A stretch of DNA of 64,000 nucleotides from the NCBI GenBank assembly GCA_004431415.1, contig QPMI01000017.1:682001-746000 (forward strand). The letters run 5' to 3'. Made by a program: the position numbers and the translations under genes. The stretch's first letter is position 1. Every line of letters begins with the position of its first letter. The notes beneath the pieces are model-generated. The model was not told the origin of the DNA. It worked only from the letters and a program-made list of their open reading frames with translations, and ran no database searches. Source of the DNA: Cyanophora paradoxa CCMP329 (taxonomy: Eukaryota; Plantae; Glaucophyta). Positions 61,601-64,000 of the stretch are shown in pieces.

Positions 61601-63285
61601 ATTGGATCGGCTGGAAGAGATGGGATAGGTGGTAATGTAACTGTCATCGGGATGTCATCTGGGTAGTAACTTGTTAGATAGATGCCCGGTTTATTCTGCA
61701 TTACTCCAATACCTCCACCTGCTGCAACTAAATTAACTCGTGTAGGTGGTCTGATATATAATTCGCCTTCCATTGTGGTGCCTGCATTTATTCCATGGCG
61801 ATTGACGTAATACGCATCTAACATTAATCTTTCCTCTGTGTCTATATTCTTATAGAGACTCACACCATGTAGCCCATCATTCACAGCATCACCTGCTGAT
61901 GCGAACGTAGGTTGCTGATCGATTTCGTCCCAATTGTGTCTATGTGGTGCTGGTGGAAACTCTTCTGGTGCATCGATTTCGTCCCAAGTGTGTCGATGAT
62001 CTGCTGGTGGGAATTCTTCGGGTATTCTGTCAATATCCTCCCAATCGTGTCTATGATCCACAGGTGGAAATCTATCAGGTTTGTTTTCGATCTCGTCCCA
62101 ATCATGACCATGGGGATCAGGTGGATATGTTTGTGGTTTATTTCGGATGTCCTCCCAATCAACTATAAAATCGAAGAGATCAGGTGCAAATCCATCAGGT
62201 AAAAGCTGTTCGTCATATGGTTCGTAGCGATCGTATGTTATAAGGTTCGGATCGAAACCATCAGGTAACTCATTATCTTCTTCAAATCTTCGATCTTCAA
62301 GAGGTATAACATTCACATCTGGCGCAAGAAGCTCTTCTGTTGGTGGTTGATAAACTGTAAATACTGGTTTGTTTCGGACCTTCTCCCAACTCACGATATG
62401 TTGACCAAAGGCAACGTTCTCTTCTGCTGTGTATTCCCTTCCTGGCTGTTTTTTTGGTGTGAGATCCGGTGGATCCCATGGAAGCGGAAACGGAACAGGG
62501 GTAGGTCCGTAATGCTCAATGATTTCTCTTATTGTTTTCTCACTAACAAGTTTCTCACCGTTTGCATACACATTGCTACCGTGAATATTTCGCCATTGTC
62601 GGGTTCTAATACCAAGGTCTTTGGTGTTTGTCTTCAAAGGTAAATGGTGGCGATCCATTTCGACAAGGTCGGGGTGTAAATGAATGGCTACTGGTTGACT
62701 GGGGCTACTGTCGACCGTGATAGAGTCTTTCTCTTTGGAAGTATCCTGTGGAAGAGTGAAACCAAAAAGTGCGTTAGTTTCTGCATTGTCGACGATGTCC
62801 TTCGGATAAATACTGTTGGTGTGGCGAATCTGATTCTCTTCACCATGTGGGGCTACCTGTAATATCTGAGGGATTTGTGTTATCGCGTTTGATCCTTCAT
62901 TATAAATTCTCAAACCGCTACGATGAACTCCCTTCTCATCCTGGACATTGAATACCAAACGTCCGCTATCGAATCGTGTGGGAATATCGGGATGCGTTCC
63001 ACTGGTTTTAAGTTTCCGTGGTCTCCTTCGAGTTGCCTTGATCTCTGCAACCGCGTTTTTTTTAACATTGCCCAAACTGAAAGCAATGCTAACATCTTCT
63101 TTATCGGGATCGGTTTGGTTCACCGATAAAGCGTGAACCCGGGGATGAGTTTTCGATGGTTTATCGGCGCTCTGATCGATAGAAGCCGACCCTTTGATGG
63201 TGATGTTATCAAAGTTCACATGTTTAGGATTCGTTTTACCACCACCTGATACTGTCTGTAAATTTGCTGGATAATTGAAACTCAT
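55657..63285 (-). CDS. Giant virion fibre/adhesin, about 2540 aa, after repair of three 1-bp homopolymer indels (61228-61230, 57746-57748, 57700-57703)
   Basis: Repairs give YLPLTGGTITGYLTV and VGEYIIFNRALTFDERQKVRYYMQDYFGFP, both matching intact internal paralogous segments. The protein has phage-fibre-like HxH repeats (HTHTKSQITDFA; HxHLWADITDKPLTFAP), three LamG/ConA-like domains (EL..(F/Y).R.LS..E...(I/V)R.Y....YGFP) and a C-terminal gp53/H-lectin-like domain (F..TPVVNAT). Confidence 0.75.
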
Positions 63286-63333
63286 CCTGCTTGCTCTACT
63301 TATACAGATTTATTAAATTTAAGATAAGTAAAG

Positions 63334-64000
63334 ATGCCCCTAAAAGTTGTTCTTAGTTTATCTGGCGGAGGCGCTCGTGGAATCATCATAACAAGGTTGC
63401 TAAAAGAGATCGAAACAAGAACCGGTAAACGCGTTATAGATTTGGTCGATCTCGTAAGTGGAACATCCACAGGCGGTATTATTGCTATCGGTCTCAATGT
63501 GAAAAATCCCGAATTTCCCAATGAACCTAAACTAACTGCGACCGACCTTCACGATACTTACCTCTATCATCTCCCATTGATCTTTGCGAATCCGCGAAAT
63601 ATCATCTCAAATGCACTTTTTAATACTAAATATGATGTATCACCATTAGAAACCGCTATTTTCTCTGTGACTGGGGAAGCTCTCATAAAAGATTCACTAA
63701 AAGACGTGGTTATTACGACATTCGACACAGTGAGTATGAAACCCATTTTTATAGCAAACGATAACGATTACAAGACCATACCAAGTAAGATTGCGGCGCG
63801 ATCCACCTCGGCTGCTCCGACATATTTTGCTCCTGTCGATTACGACGGGATGTGTCTAATTGATGGCGCAATATCAGGTAACAATAACCCAAGCGTTTGT
63901 GGTTACAGTCACGCGAAAAAGATATATGATAACGATGACGATATTATAGTTATTAGCATCTCGTGCGGTGAAGTAAATGAAACGGACGCATCAAACGTCG
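63334..64000 (+). CDS. Patatin-like phospholipase (3' end outside the window; absent from the ORF track)
   Basis: MPLKVVLSLSGGGARG, catalytic SGTSTGG, STSAAPTYF and LIDGA..NNP. Confidence 0.92.
   Translation, partial: MPLKVVLSLSGGGARGIIITRLLKEIETRTGKRVIDLVDLVSGTSTGGIIAIGLNVKNPEFPNEPKLTATDLHDTYLYHLPLIFANPRNIISNALFNTKYDVSPLETAIFSVTGEALIKDSLKDVVITTFDTVSMKPIFIANDNDYKTIPSKIAARSTSAAPTYFAPVDYDGMCLIDGAISGNNNPSVCGYSHAKKIYDNDDDIIVISISCGEVNETDASNV

Larger units (their letters stand above)
51899..64000. mobile_element. Left part of an endogenous dsDNA viral element (NCLDV-like or large Polinton-like virus; class undetermined), running off the window end
   Basis: Sharp switch from GC-rich to AT-rich DNA at about 51900. 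Genes are intronless, closely packed and lack Shine-Dalgarno sites. A terminal hairpin and repeats are present, with fibre, patatin, AdoMetDC and Zn-ribbon genes. Confidence 0.8.

Noticed and set aside
53419-63333. CroV/mavirus-type TCTA late promoter upstream of viral genes
   Set aside because: TCTA sits at a suitable distance before only two genes. Other upstream regions are simply AT-rich.
51899-64000. Bacterial or phage contaminant misjoined to the contig
   Set aside because: Not favoured: there are no Shine-Dalgarno sites, the gene set is NCLDV-like, and the junction falls on a structured terminus. It cannot be fully excluded without reads.
1-64000. tRNA, rRNA or telomeric repeat arrays, and a definite host species assignment
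   Set aside because: No RNA genes or telomere repeats were recognised. The host looks like a GC-rich flagellated alga or protist but cannot be named from this sequence alone.

Overview
The window has two compartments. (1) 1-51898 is GC-rich, intron-dense nuclear DNA of a flagellated, probably algal or protist, eukaryote. Introns are short and many use GC donors. Recognisable genes: a protein with about 9 AP2-like repeats (possibly ending in a SAM domain), a DA1-like HExxH peptidase, TMEM53/DUF829, a SET-domain protein, TMEM147, a DUF4139-like protein, an actin-related protein, KATNAL2, an axonemal dynein light chain domain (AXDND1-like) protein with a partial duplicate, a Cys-repeat/claudin-like surface protein and a TPR-MYND protein. 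A young non-coding LTR element interrupts a membrane-protein gene. Paralog comparisons show a recurrent mutation in which a 3-mer s becomes s-rc(s)-s, filling non-coding DNA with short palindromes. (2) From 51899 to the window end is an abruptly AT-rich, intronless block that looks like the left end of an integrated dsDNA virus. It begins at the junction with a 294-bp incompletely paired hairpin, followed by iteron-like repeats and two TGTAACA/TGTTACA palindromes. Its genes are AdoMet decarboxylase, a Zn-ribbon protein, two paralogous fibre-associated proteins, a roughly 2540-aa fibre split only by homopolymer indels, and a patatin phospholipase. No capsid, polymerase or integrase gene lies in the window, so the virus class cannot be fixed. 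All protein assignments are by motif recognition, exon boundaries are approximate and GC contrasts are judged by eye.
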